This document shows, in pieces, positions 24,644 to 33,189 of a stretch of DNA of 39,807 bases; position 1 is the first letter of the stretch, and every line of letters starts with the position of its first letter. The notes beneath the pieces are model-generated. The model was not told the DNA's origin and made no database searches. It was given only the letters and a program-made list of their open reading frames with translations. The position numbers and the translations under genes were made by a program. Source of the DNA: an uncultured Eubacteriales bacterium (GTDB lineage: Bacteria > Bacillota > Clostridia > Oscillospirales > CAG-272); the NCBI GenBank assembly GCA_934462825.1, contig CAKSIP010000010.1:1-39807 (forward strand), in the 5' to 3' direction.

Positions 24644-26107
24644 ATGAAAAATTTTTCTTTGGCTTTAGCCAACACGAACGGCACCTTGGATCCTTCCATT
24701 GTAATTTTGGTTGTGATCCTTGCGATCTTGCTTTTTACGGTTTTCCTTGTGGTGATTTCCCGTTACAAAAAGTGTCCATCGGATAAAATTATGGTTATTT
24801 ACGGTAAGGTGAGCCATAATTCCGACGGCACGGCACGGTCGGCCAAATGCGTACACGGCGGTGCGTCATTCGTTTGGCCGGTGTTTCAATCGTATGAATA
24901 CCTGGATTTAACGCCGCTTTCCATCAGCGTGGATTTGACTAACGCACTTTCGCGCCAAAACATTCGTGTGGATGTGCCGTCGCGCTTTACCGTTGGTATT
25001 TCCACGGAGCCGGGCGTTATGCAGAATGCGGCAGAGCGTTTGCTCGGATTGAAATTGGTGGAAATTCAAGAATTGGCGAAGGATATTATTTTCGGCCAAT
25101 TGCGTCTTGTCATTGCCACCATGGAAATTGAGGAAATCAATACAGACCGTGATAAATTTTTGGATGCCGTTTCCGGCAACGTGGAAACCGAGCTGAAAAA
25201 GATTGGTTTGCGCCTGATCAACGTCAACGTGACCGACATTAGTGATGAAAGCGGATATATTGCGGCTTTGGGTAAAGAAGCCGCTGCGAAAGCAATCAAT
25301 GATGCCAAAATTTCCGTGGCACAGGCCGACAGAGACGGTTCTATCGGTGCCGCGCGTGCCGAAATGGAGCAAAGAGTCAGCGTGTCGCAGTCCAATTCGG
25401 AGGCAATTCAAGGTGAAAACGAAGCCAAAATCCGCGTGGCGGAATCCGAGGCTACAAGACGAGAAAGACAGGCAGAGTCGCTGAAAAAGGCAACCGCGGC
25501 CGAAAATATTCAAGCGGCTAAGGCGCTGGAGGAGTCGTATGCGGCTCAGCAAGCGGCCGAGCAGGCGCGCGCTTCTTTGGAAAAGGCTAAGCTGGAAGCC
25601 GATATTATCGTCAAAGCGGAAATCCGCAAGAAGGAGATGGAGCTTCAGGCCGAGGCGGAAGCCGAGCAGATTCGTCGTCAGGCACGCGGTCAGGCCGATG
25701 CCATTTTGCTGAAAATGCAGGCAGAGGCAAACGGTGTGCGTGAAATGCTGACCAAGCAGGCAGAAGGCTTGGCTGAAATTGTGAAGGCGGCCGGCGGCGA
25801 GGCCAATGATGCCATCCGCTTGATGGTAGCTGATAAGCTGGAAGAGCTGACACGAATCCAAGTGGACGCCGTGAAAAACCTGAAAATTGACAAGGTAACG
25901 GTTTGGGATAACGGCGCTAAGAGCGAGGACGGAAAAAATGCCACAGCCGGCTTTGTGTCCGGTTTGATGAAATCCATTCCTCCGATGAACGAGCTGTTTG
26001 ATATGGCAGGCATGCAACTGCCGGCCTACCTTGGAAAAGATAAGCCGGAAGCTTCGACAGCCGACGAGGCGGCTCCCGCAGAAAACGCAGAGGCCGAAAA
26101 AAACTAA
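24644..26107 (+). CDS. floT: flotillin (SPFH/band-7 family, FloT-like)
   Basis: The protein has an N-terminal TM helix, an SPFH domain, and a long EA-rich coiled-coil C-terminus (AEAEAEQIRRQARGQADAILLKMQAEANG). Confidence 0.85.
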   Translation: MKNFSLALANTNGTLDPSIVILVVILAILLFTVFLVVISRYKKCPSDKIMVIYGKVSHNSDGTARSAKCVHGGASFVWPVFQSYEYLDLTPLSISVDLTNALSRQNIRVDVPSRFTVGISTEPGVMQNAAERLLGLKLVEIQELAKDIIFGQLRLVIATMEIEEINTDRDKFLDAVSGNVETELKKIGLRLINVNVTDISDESGYIAALGKEAAAKAINDAKISVAQADRDGSIGAARAEMEQRVSVSQSNSEAIQGENEAKIRVAESEATRRERQAESLKKATAAENIQAAKALEESYAAQQAAEQARASLEKAKLEADIIVKAEIRKKEMELQAEAEAEQIRRQARGQADAILLKMQAEANGVREMLTKQAEGLAEIVKAAGGEANDAIRLMVADKLEELTRIQVDAVKNLKIDKVTVWDNGAKSEDGKNATAGFVSGLMKSIPPMNELFDMAGMQLPAYLGKDKPEASTADEAAPAENAEAEKN

Positions 26108-26203
26108 CATAAGTGTCCTTTCGTGAATCAACATCAATGTTTCAAGTCCCCGCCGCCGGCGTTTGCCCGGCGGCAGGGGCTTTCCCGTTGCTATGCGCAA
26201 AAA

Positions 26204-26250
26204 GGGGAGTGTTGAAAAACTCATCCTGAGTTTTTCAACACTCCCCTTTG
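26204..26250. terminator. hairpin element D: GGGGAGTGTTGAAAAACTCA-tcc-TGAGTTTTTCAACACTCCCC plus TTT
   Basis: A perfect 20-bp inverted repeat lies between convergent floT (+) and valS (-). It is preceded by a second GC hairpin, gccgccgg-N7-ccggcggc, at about 26147-26171. Confidence 0.6.
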
Positions 26251-26332
26251 AAATTTAATATTTTTGCTCATGCACGTTTTGCTGCCTGCCCGTAAAAAAG
26301 GGAAGCCTCATCTTCCGTGCAGCTTGGCGGAG

Positions 26333-28981
26333 TTATTTTAACTTGGCCAAAGCAGATTCTACCCCGCACAGATTTTCGCGGTAGCGGCTGAGCTTGTTTT
26401 TCTCGCCTTCGACCACGGCGGCAGGTGCCTTGGAAACAAATCCTTCGTTGGAAAGTTTCTTTTCAATGCGATCAATTTCCATTATCAGCTTGGCCTTTTC
26501 GCCGTTCAGCCGGGTGCGTTCCTTTTCGGTGTCAACGAGATCGGACAGCGGCAGGAATATCGTGGCGGAATCGGTAATGATCTGAACGGAATCGTCATGC
26601 GACACCGTGGCTTCGTCAAAGGACTCTGCCACACAGACGTCCGAGGCCGAGGCCAGACGTTGGAAGAATACCGCCGTATCCCGGTTGAAGGAATCGAGAT
26701 AGGTCGTGGCGATGAACAGCTTGGCTTTGCGGGAAGGCGGCACGTTCATTTCATTGCGGCGTGCGCGAATGGCTTTGATGGCCGAGATTACACGCTCCAT
26801 TTGATCGCTTTCCTCGGTGAAGCAAAGGGAAGAATCAAAGGTCGGATAGCGACTGATCATGATGCTTTCGTCTTCGTGAGGAAGCGATTGGAAGATTTCC
26901 TCCGTGATGAAGGGCATAAAGGGATGCAGGAGCTTGAGGATCTGCGTCAGAACATAGGCAATGACGTTTTGCGCGACGAGGTTGCTTTCGTTTTCCTTGT
27001 CGGACAGACGCGCCTTCGCCAATTCAATATACCAATCGCAGAATACGTCCCAAGTGAAATCGTAAATGGACGCAAGCGCCACGCCGATTTCATAATTGTC
27101 GATCGCCGTGCAGACCTCCTTGGTCAGACGGTTGCACTTGTCAAGGATCCACCGATCCTGCAGTGCCAGCTTTTCTTTGTCGGGCAGCGAAATCGTATCA
27201 ATGGACAGATTCATGCGGACGAAGCGGGACGCGTTCCACAGCTTGTTGGCAAAATTGCGGGCGGATTCGATTTTTTCGTCGGAGAAACGCATATCATTTC
27301 CGGGCGAATTTCCGGTTGCCAGCGCAAAGCGCAAGGCATCGGCGCCGTATTTGTCAATGATTTGCAGGGGATCGATGCCGTTTCCAAGGGACTTCGACAT
27401 TTTTCGTCCCTGCGCGTCGCGCACAAGACCGTGAATGAAAACGGTGGAGAAGGGCGGCTCTCCGGTGTGCTCCATGGCGGAAAATACCATGCGCGCCACC
27501 CAGAAGAAGATGATGTCATACCCGGTTACAAGCACGCTGGTAGGATAGTATTTTTCCAGGTCGGCGGTCTTTTCCGGCCACCCCATCGTGGAGAAGGGCC
27601 AAAGCGCCGACGAAAACCAGGTGTCAAGCACATCGTTTTCCTGGCGCACCTTGGCGCCGCATTTCGGGCAGACCGTAATATCTTCCTTGGAAACCGTGAT
27701 TTCCCCGCACGTATCGCAGTAGAAGGCGGGAATGCGGTGTCCCCACCACAGCTGACGGGAAATGCACCAATCGTGAACATTTTCCATCCAATTGGTGTAG
27801 ATCTTGGAAAACCGTTCCGGCTTGAACTGCACCTGTCCGTTTTTGACAACCTCCAGAGCGGGGGCGGCCAAAGGCTCCATTTTCACGAACCACTGATTGG
27901 AAATAATCGGCTCCACGGTGGTTTTGCAACGGTAGCAGGTGCCGACATTGTGTACATGGGGAACCACCTTGATTAAATAACCCATTTCATCCAGATCTTT
28001 CACAAGCGCTTTGCGGCAGGCATACCGATCCATTCCGCAGTATTTTCCGGCAAATTGGTTCATGGTGGCATCATCGTTCATGACACGGATCTGTTCCAGC
28101 CCGTGACGCTGCCCGACAAGAAAATCATTGGGGTCGTGCGCCGGCGTGATCTTTACGCATCCGGTGCCGAATCCGATTTCTACATATTCGTCGGCAATCA
28201 CGGGGATTTCACGGCCTATGATGGGCAGAATCAGCGTTTTTCCGATCAGATGCTTGTTCTTTTCGTCGTTCGGGTTGACAGCCACGGCCGTGTCACCAAA
28301 CATGGTTTCCGGCCGTGTCGTGGCGATTTCCACATAGCCGTCCTCGCCCTTGATCGGATATTTGATGTGCCAGAAGGAGCCGGCCTGCTCGGAATATTCT
28401 ACTTCCGCGTCGGAAAGAGCCGTGATACAGTGCGGGCACCAATTGATGATGCGGTTGCCGCGGTAGATCAGCCCTTTGTTGTAGAGGTTGACAAAAACCT
28501 CGCGCACAGCCTTGGAGCACCCTTCGTCCATGGTGAAGCGTTCCCGTGTCCAATCGCAAGAGGCACCGAGCTTTTTGAGCTGGTTGATAATTCTGTTGCC
28601 GAATTGGTTTTTCCAATCCCACACTCTTTCGAGGAATTTGTCTCGCCCAAGGTCATAGCGTGTCAAGCCTTCTTTGACGCGAAGCTGTTCTTCCACTTTG
28701 ATTTGCGTGGCAATGCCGGCGTGGTCGGTACCGGGAACCCAAAGTGTACTAAATCCCTGCATTCTTTTGTAGCGAACAAGAATGTCCTGCAAGGTTTCGT
28801 CCAGGGCATGTCCCATGTGAAGCTGCCCGGTGACATTGGGGGGAGGGATTACCACCGAGAAGGGGGGGCGTTCGTCTTTGGGATCCGGGGTAAAATAGCC
28901 CTTTTCACACCAATTTTGATAGATCCGTTCCTCAAACTCCGTTGGGGAATAGGTCTTTGGCAACTCGTTTTGATGATTCAT
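26333..28981 (-). CDS. valS: valine--tRNA ligase
   Basis: 882 aa. The class I motifs HMGH and KMSKS are present. The C-terminus is a coiled coil. The RBS GGAGG sits 9 nt upstream of the ATG. Confidence 0.95.
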   Translation of the reverse strand: MNHQNELPKTYSPTEFEERIYQNWCEKGYFTPDPKDERPPFSVVIPPPNVTGQLHMGHALDETLQDILVRYKRMQGFSTLWVPGTDHAGIATQIKVEEQLRVKEGLTRYDLGRDKFLERVWDWKNQFGNRIINQLKKLGASCDWTRERFTMDEGCSKAVREVFVNLYNKGLIYRGNRIINWCPHCITALSDAEVEYSEQAGSFWHIKYPIKGEDGYVEIATTRPETMFGDTAVAVNPNDEKNKHLIGKTLILPIIGREIPVIADEYVEIGFGTGCVKITPAHDPNDFLVGQRHGLEQIRVMNDDATMNQFAGKYCGMDRYACRKALVKDLDEMGYLIKVVPHVHNVGTCYRCKTTVEPIISNQWFVKMEPLAAPALEVVKNGQVQFKPERFSKIYTNWMENVHDWCISRQLWWGHRIPAFYCDTCGEITVSKEDITVCPKCGAKVRQENDVLDTWFSSALWPFSTMGWPEKTADLEKYYPTSVLVTGYDIIFFWVARMVFSAMEHTGEPPFSTVFIHGLVRDAQGRKMSKSLGNGIDPLQIIDKYGADALRFALATGNSPGNDMRFSDEKIESARNFANKLWNASRFVRMNLSIDTISLPDKEKLALQDRWILDKCNRLTKEVCTAIDNYEIGVALASIYDFTWDVFCDWYIELAKARLSDKENESNLVAQNVIAYVLTQILKLLHPFMPFITEEIFQSLPHEDESIMISRYPTFDSSLCFTEESDQMERVISAIKAIRARRNEMNVPPSRKAKLFIATTYLDSFNRDTAVFFQRLASASDVCVAESFDEATVSHDDSVQIITDSATIFLPLSDLVDTEKERTRLNGEKAKLIMEIDRIEKKLSNEGFVSKAPAAVVEGEKNKLSRYRENLCGVESALAKLK

Positions 28982-29074
28982 TGAGAAAAACCTCCGTGTT
29001 TTATCGTGAATATTTGAATAACAAAAAATAAAAGCCGTAAGCCGTAAAAAGAATGGCGGGTGCAGGGGAGGGAA

Positions 29075-29395
29075 AACAAAAAAACCACATCCTGTTTATC
29101 AGGACGTGGAATACGCGGTACCACCTGATTTTATGCCGCAAAAGGGCATACACCTTGCAAGAAACGAAAGCGGCCCTATCGAGGAGAACAGACGCTTTGC
29201 ACTTTCTTGTCCGATAACGTGGGCTACGGCAAAAGCTATGCAAAGGTAGGCGCATCTGTTGGAAGCATCGGACTTTTTGACATTCACTTTTGCAGCTCGG
29301 AGGCGACTTCCGCAACTCTGCCTTGCAAACTTTCACCGTCCGTTTGCTCTCTGAAAGGCGATTTTTGCGTACTACTCCCCGTCATTGCTTTTATT
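29075..29395 (-). ncRNA. T-box riboswitch leader of valS (candidate specifier GUC, Val)
   Basis: On the - strand a promoter (TTGACA at 29430..29425) is followed by stem I elements (AGTA, AGAGAG, GGTGAAAG) and a candidate specifier loop ggaaGTCgcc. The T-box sequence AGGTGGTACCGCG lies at + 29114-29126. A terminator, ccacgtcctg-ataaa-caggatgtgg plus U7, lies at + 29075-29109. Confidence 0.75.
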
Positions 29396-29463
29396 GACAT
29401 TAGAATATCATAGAAAGTTCCTTTTGTCAAGCAAAAAATAAAAATAAAAATGCAAAAAACTAT

Positions 29464-29492
29464 TGACAAGCAGGACGAAATTTGTTATAATG
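29464..29492 (+). promoter_or_regulatory. consensus sigma-A promoter (TTGACA-17-TATAAT) for the tRNA gene
   Basis: The sequence is ttgacaagcaggacgaaatttgttataat. The tRNA 5' end lies about 20 nt downstream. Confidence 0.6.
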
Positions 29493-29512
29493 ACAAAGTC
29501 GTCAGGAAAAAT

Positions 29513-29588
29513 GCTGGTATGGCTCAGTCGGTAGAGCACGTCATTGGTAATGACGAGGTCATCAGTTCGATTCTGATTACCAGCTCCA
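29513..29588 (+). tRNA. tRNA-Thr (anticodon GGU), CCA encoded
   Basis: The sequence is GCTGGTATGGCTCAGTCGGTAGAGCACGTCATTGGTAATGACGAGGTCATCAGTTCGATTCTGATTACCAGCTCCA. The 7-bp acceptor stem pairs GCTGGTA with TACCAGC. The anticodon stem is cgtca/tgacg with loop TTGGTAA. The T-arm reads GGTCATCAGTTCGATTCTGATTACC. Confidence 0.85.
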
Positions 29589-29591
29589 AAA

Positions 29592-29633
29592 AGTCATTCA
29601 AAATTTCGGTTGAAATTTTTGAATGGCTTTTTT
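29592..29633 (+). terminator. intrinsic terminator after tRNA-Thr
   Basis: The hairpin is gtcattcaaaatttc-ggtt-gaaatttttgaatggc, followed by TTTTTT. Confidence 0.6.
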
Positions 29634-29676
29634 GTTTTCATGCCGATCCATGCCGGGCATGGCGTTTTCCCGGTTT

Positions 29677-29723
29677 CAAAAGGGGGGGCTGAAAATTCCG
29701 CCGGAATTTTCAGCCCCCCTTTT
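29677..29723. terminator. bidirectional intrinsic terminator (G7-stem hairpin flanked by A4 and T4)
   Basis: The sequence is aaaa-GGGGGGGCTGAAAATTCCG-CCGGAATTTTCAGCCCCCC-tttt. It lies between the tRNA and the 3' end of the - strand feo operon. Confidence 0.65.
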
Positions 29724-29754
29724 GAAAAATTATCTTAAAATACGATTGCGCGAT

Positions 29755-29967
29755 TTATTCGTGATGCGTTTTTTCGGCTTTTGGATCTTCCGGCAAAGCA
29801 CCCTTATGACATGTCCCGGCCATAGCACAATGGGAGCAGTTGCATCCGCAGGAAGATTTTCCTTTTCGTCTGTCCTTGATAAACTTGACGATGATGCCGA
29901 CCACGATAAGCACAAGAACCGAACAGATGAGCAGGGAACCGATGTTTTCCGAAATCCAAGTAAGCAT
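29755..29967 (-). CDS. FeoB-associated Cys-rich small membrane protein
   Basis: The protein has a TM helix (LLICSVLVLIVVGIIVKFI) and a Cys cluster (SSCGCNCSHCAMAGTCHKG). The tracked ORF starts at TTG 29976 with only 1-nt spacing from the RBS. The ATG at 29967 sits 10 nt after AGGAGG and is preferred. Confidence 0.7.
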   Translation of the reverse strand: MLTWISENIGSLLICSVLVLIVVGIIVKFIKDRRKGKSSCGCNCSHCAMAGTCHKGALPEDPKAEKTHHE

Positions 29968-29992
29968 GCCAATCAAACCTCCTGAAATAAAC

Positions 29993-32383
29993 TTAAACTT
30001 TTTTCGTCAGAACCGTTGCTTCCTTGTACGGACGTACAAGCATGTAGATCATAAAAGCAAGGATCGCAATGGAGACAATCAAACCGATGATGTTCAGATG
30101 GCCGGTAAAGGCCCCGCCGAATTGGTTGATCATCAAGGCAATCACATAGGCAAAGGCGCACTGATACCCGATGGCAAACCATGTCCATTTTGCGTTGTTC
30201 ATCTCTCTCTTGATCGCGCCGATAGCGGCAAAGCAAGGCGCGCAAAGCAGATTGAACACAAGGAAGGAATAGCCCGAAACGGCCGTAAAAGCGTGGCTGA
30301 GCGCCTGCCATACCGTTTCGCTGCCGCCGCCGTAAAGGATGCCCATCGTGCCGACAATGTTTTCCTTCGCCACAAGCCCCGTAATGGATGCCACAGCCGC
30401 CTGCCAATTGCCCCAGCCGAGCGGTGCAAAAATCCAAGCGATGGCGTTGCCGACCTTGGCGAGAATAGACAGATCCAATTCCTCCTCCGTGAGCATACGG
30501 AAGCCGTCGGACGTGAATCCGAAGTAGGATGTGAACCAAACGACAATGGTGGACAGGAGGATAATCGTGCCGGCCTTCTTAATAAACGACCAGCCGCGCT
30601 CCCACATAGAACGGAGCACATTTTTCAGCGTCGGCCAGTGGTAAGCCGGAAGCTCCATCACAAACGGTGCCGGCTCTCCGGCGAACATTTTTGTCTTTTT
30701 CAGCATGATGCCCGAAACAACGATGGCCGCCATACCGATAAAGTACGCGCTGGTGGCCACCCAGGCAGAGCCGCCGAAAATGGCGCCGGCAATCATGGCA
30801 ATAAAGGGAACCTTGGCGCCGCAGGGAATGAAAGTGGTTGTCATGATGGTCATGCGACGATCGCGTTCATTTTCAATCGTGCGGCTGGCCATAATGCCGG
30901 GAACGCCGCAGCCAACGCCGATCAGCATGGGGATAAAGGACTTGCCCGAAAGCCCGAACTTGCGGAACACACGGTCCAGAACAAAGGCGATACGGGCCAT
31001 GTAGCCGCAAGCCTCCAGGAAGGCCAGCATCAGAAACAGCACCAGCATCTGAGGCACAAAGCCCAAAACGGCGCCGACGCCGGCCACGATGCCGTCCAAA
31101 ACCAAGCCTTTAATCCAATCGGCCGCATGGAGCGCATCCAGCCCTTTCTCCACGAGAACGGGAATGCCGGGCACCCATAGACCGTAGTCCGCAGGATCAG
31201 GCTCATCTCCGATTTCCTTTAGCGTTTTTTGCGCCTCGGCATAGTCGGCCAGAGTGGCCGTTTTCTCGGTGACCTTCAGCGTTTCTTCATCGGTTATCGT
31301 GTAGGTAAAGGAGTCGGTCGGCGCCATGCCGTTCTTTTTCACATAGGCATCATAGCCCTCGGAAATCGCAGACGCCTGACTGTATTTTTCTGCAATTTCT
31401 GCATATCCGCCGTCGTTGAAGAAGTGAAATCCGTCCCCGAAGATGTTGTCGTTGGTAAAGTCGGTCAGAGGGGCGCCGACCGCGACCATGGCGATCCAAT
31501 AAACCAAAAACATAACGGCCGCAAAAATGGGCAGACCGAGCCAACGGTTGGTTACGACCTTGTCAATTTTGTCAGAGGTCGAAAGATGGCCGACCTTTTT
31601 CTTTTTGTAGCAGGCCTTGATCACTTCGGCTATGTAGATGTACCGCTCGTTGGTGATGATGCTTTCCGCATCATCCTCCAGCTCTGCCTCCGCCGCCTGA
31701 ATGTCCTGCTCAATGTGTGCGAGCGTTTCCTTGGGAATGTTCAGCGATTGAAGCACCTTGTCATCGCGTTCAAATACCTTGATGGCATACCATCTTTGCC
31801 GTTCTTCGGGGAGATCGTGCAAAGCCGCTTCTTCGATGTGGGCAATGGCATGCTCAACGGGGCCGGAAAAGGTGTGCATCGGAACGGTCTTGCCGTTCTT
31901 GGCCGCTTCAATAGCAGCCTCTGCCGCTTCCATCACACCGCTTTCTTTCAGCGCGGAAATTTCCACCACCTTGCATCCGAGCCGCTTGGAAAGCTGCGAA
32001 ATGTCGATCGTATCTCCGTTTTTGCGGACAATATCCATCATGTTGATGGCAACGACGACCGGAATCCCAAGCTCGGTCAGCTGAGTGGTGAGATAAAGGT
32101 TTCTTTCAAGATTGGTACCATCCACGATGTTGAGAATGGCGTTCGGACGCTCTCCGATCAAATAGTTTCTGGCCACCACTTCCTCCAGCGTGTAGGGGGA
32201 AAGCGAGTAGATACCGGGCAGGTCTGTGATGATAATACCATCGTGTTTTTTGAGTTTACCTTCTTTTTTTTCAACCGTAACGCCGGGCCAGTTGCCCACA
32301 AACTGATTGGAGCCGGTCAATGCGTTGAATAGAGTGGTTTTCCCGCTGTTCGGGTTGCCTGCAAGGGCGATTTTACATTCCAT
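29993..32383 (-). CDS. feoB: ferrous iron transporter FeoB (G-domain plus membrane permease)
   Basis: The N-terminal G-domain begins MECKIALAGNPNSGKTTLFNALTG...DLPGIYSL. It is followed by a polytopic membrane domain. The RBS AAAGGAAG precedes the ATG. Confidence 0.9.
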   Translation of the reverse strand: MECKIALAGNPNSGKTTLFNALTGSNQFVGNWPGVTVEKKEGKLKKHDGIIITDLPGIYSLSPYTLEEVVARNYLIGERPNAILNIVDGTNLERNLYLTTQLTELGIPVVVAINMMDIVRKNGDTIDISQLSKRLGCKVVEISALKESGVMEAAEAAIEAAKNGKTVPMHTFSGPVEHAIAHIEEAALHDLPEERQRWYAIKVFERDDKVLQSLNIPKETLAHIEQDIQAAEAELEDDAESIITNERYIYIAEVIKACYKKKKVGHLSTSDKIDKVVTNRWLGLPIFAAVMFLVYWIAMVAVGAPLTDFTNDNIFGDGFHFFNDGGYAEIAEKYSQASAISEGYDAYVKKNGMAPTDSFTYTITDEETLKVTEKTATLADYAEAQKTLKEIGDEPDPADYGLWVPGIPVLVEKGLDALHAADWIKGLVLDGIVAGVGAVLGFVPQMLVLFLMLAFLEACGYMARIAFVLDRVFRKFGLSGKSFIPMLIGVGCGVPGIMASRTIENERDRRMTIMTTTFIPCGAKVPFIAMIAGAIFGGSAWVATSAYFIGMAAIVVSGIMLKKTKMFAGEPAPFVMELPAYHWPTLKNVLRSMWERGWSFIKKAGTIILLSTIVVWFTSYFGFTSDGFRMLTEEELDLSILAKVGNAIAWIFAPLGWGNWQAAVASITGLVAKENIVGTMGILYGGGSETVWQALSHAFTAVSGYSFLVFNLLCAPCFAAIGAIKREMNNAKWTWFAIGYQCAFAYVIALMINQFGGAFTGHLNIIGLIVSIAILAFMIYMLVRPYKEATVLTKKV

Positions 32384-32433
32384 GAAGATCTTCCTTTCTG
32401 TGCCCGCCTTTTTTGGCGGTTTGGCACTTTGAG

Positions 32434-32453
32434 CGGTTAGTCAAAGCTAACCG
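32434..32453. promoter_or_regulatory. second copy of the CGGTTAG-N6-CTAACCG inverted repeat in the feoA2-feoB intergenic region
   Basis: The sequence is cggttag-tcaaag-ctaaccg. On the - strand it is followed by a GC hairpin, gtgcc..ccgcc-a6-ggcgg..gcac. Confidence 0.5.
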
Positions 32454-32505
32454 TCGCCTGAAAAAATAATAGGGAACCGTTTTCGTCAAAAATGCTGAAA
32501 AGGGA

Positions 32506-32727
32506 TTACTCAACCTCGATCATTTCCGCATCCGCCTTGCGGATCGAAAGCTCGTAGTTTCGCACGGTCACTTCAATCGGATCGCCGAGCGGCGCCACCT
32601 TGCGCACCTTGACCTCGGTACCCTTTGTGATGCCCATATCCATGATTCGGCGCTTGACGGCCCCCTCACCGTGGAGCTTTACGACCTTGGCGCTTGCCCC
32701 CACCTTGACATCTCTGAGTGTGTTCAC
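32506..32727 (-). CDS. feoA: FeoA-domain protein (second copy)
   Basis: The FeoA/SH3-like fold reads NTLRDVKVGASAKVVKLHGEGAVKRRIMDMGITKGTEVKVRKVAPLGDPIEV. The start is reassigned to GTG 32727, which has a 6-nt-spaced RBS (AAGGAGG). The tracked ORF extends further without a plausible start. Confidence 0.7.
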   Translation of the reverse strand: MNTLRDVKVGASAKVVKLHGEGAVKRRIMDMGITKGTEVKVRKVAPLGDPIEVTVRNYELSIRKADAEMIEVE

Positions 32728-32752
32728 TGCTGTATACCTCCTTATAAATTGA

Positions 32753-32965
32753 TTACACCATAATTTTTCTTGCCAATTCATCGCTGAGCGCCACGCGGGA
32801 TTCCTTGACCTTGACAATGACGTTTCCGCCGAGAATATTGACAAGACTGACCTCTCCGCCGACGTTAAACCCCAGATTTTCCAGATGCTTTTTCACCTCG
32901 GGACTTCCTCCGAGCTTTTTTACAATTTGCGGAACGCCGATGTCCGCTAAATTCAGAGGCATCAT
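32753..32965 (-). CDS. feoA: FeoA-domain protein (first copy)
   Basis: MMPLNLADIGVPQIVKKLGGSPEVKKHLENLGFNVGGEVSLVNILGGNVIVKV matches the FeoA fold. The RBS is AAGGAAGGAGG. Confidence 0.8.
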   Translation of the reverse strand: MMPLNLADIGVPQIVKKLGGSPEVKKHLENLGFNVGGEVSLVNILGGNVIVKVKESRVALSDELARKIMV

Positions 32966-33018
32966 TTTTCCTCCTTCCTTTTAAACAAGTTCGCTTGCGC
33001 TAACCTCGTTTCCGAAAA

Positions 33019-33076
33019 AATCGGTTAGCAATTCCTAACCGATTTATATTATAGTTAGCATCCGCTAATTTGTCAA
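33019..33076 (-). promoter_or_regulatory. feoA promoter (TTGACA-17-TATAAT on the - strand) with overlapping palindromic operators
   Basis: The -35 is at 33076..33071 and the -10 at 33053..33048. The 10-6-10 inverted repeat AATCGGTTAG-caattc-CTAACCGATT lies at 33019-33044, immediately downstream of the -10. A 5-4-5 palindrome, TTAGC-atcc-GCTAA, lies in the promoter spacer. Confidence 0.6.
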
Positions 33077-33125
33077 GACTTTTTTTGAATTTTTTTTGAT
33101 TTTTGTCATTGTCATCCGAAAAGCA

Positions 33126-33170
33126 TTGCATTTTTGTTGCATTTGTGGTATGCTATTGCTAACTAATAGG
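33126..33170 (+). promoter_or_regulatory. promoter of the DtxR-family regulator gene (TTGCAT-17-TGgTATGCT) with a GCTAAC-containing palindrome at +1
   Basis: TTGCAT is at 33126-33131 and TATGCT at 33149-33154. The near-palindrome CTATTGCTAACTAATAG lies at 33152-33168. Confidence 0.45.
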
Positions 33171-33189
33171 AAAAGGAAGGAACCGAACC

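Noticed and set aside
24908-26224. A 438-aa ORF on the - strand, antisense to flotillin. The same reasoning applies to 26597-27976 (+) against valS, 34057-35724 (-) against the GLUG gene, 1037-1984 (-) against the PepSY gene and 16475-17509 (-) against dxs.
   Set aside because: Each overlaps a gene with strong homology on the opposite strand. The translations are low-complexity and lack a start context.
29001-29470. Several 60-111-aa ORFs on both strands between valS and the tRNA.
   Set aside because: The region is occupied by the valS T-box leader, which has its promoter, the T-box sequence and a terminator. The ORFs are incidental.
29592-29603. The 12-mer AGTCATTCAAAA occurs both here (start of the tRNA terminator) and at 33829-33840 (immediately before the A16 tract).
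   Set aside because: It has only two copies with no extended similarity beyond the 12-mer. It could be chance or a fragment of a larger repeat. There is too little evidence to call a feature.
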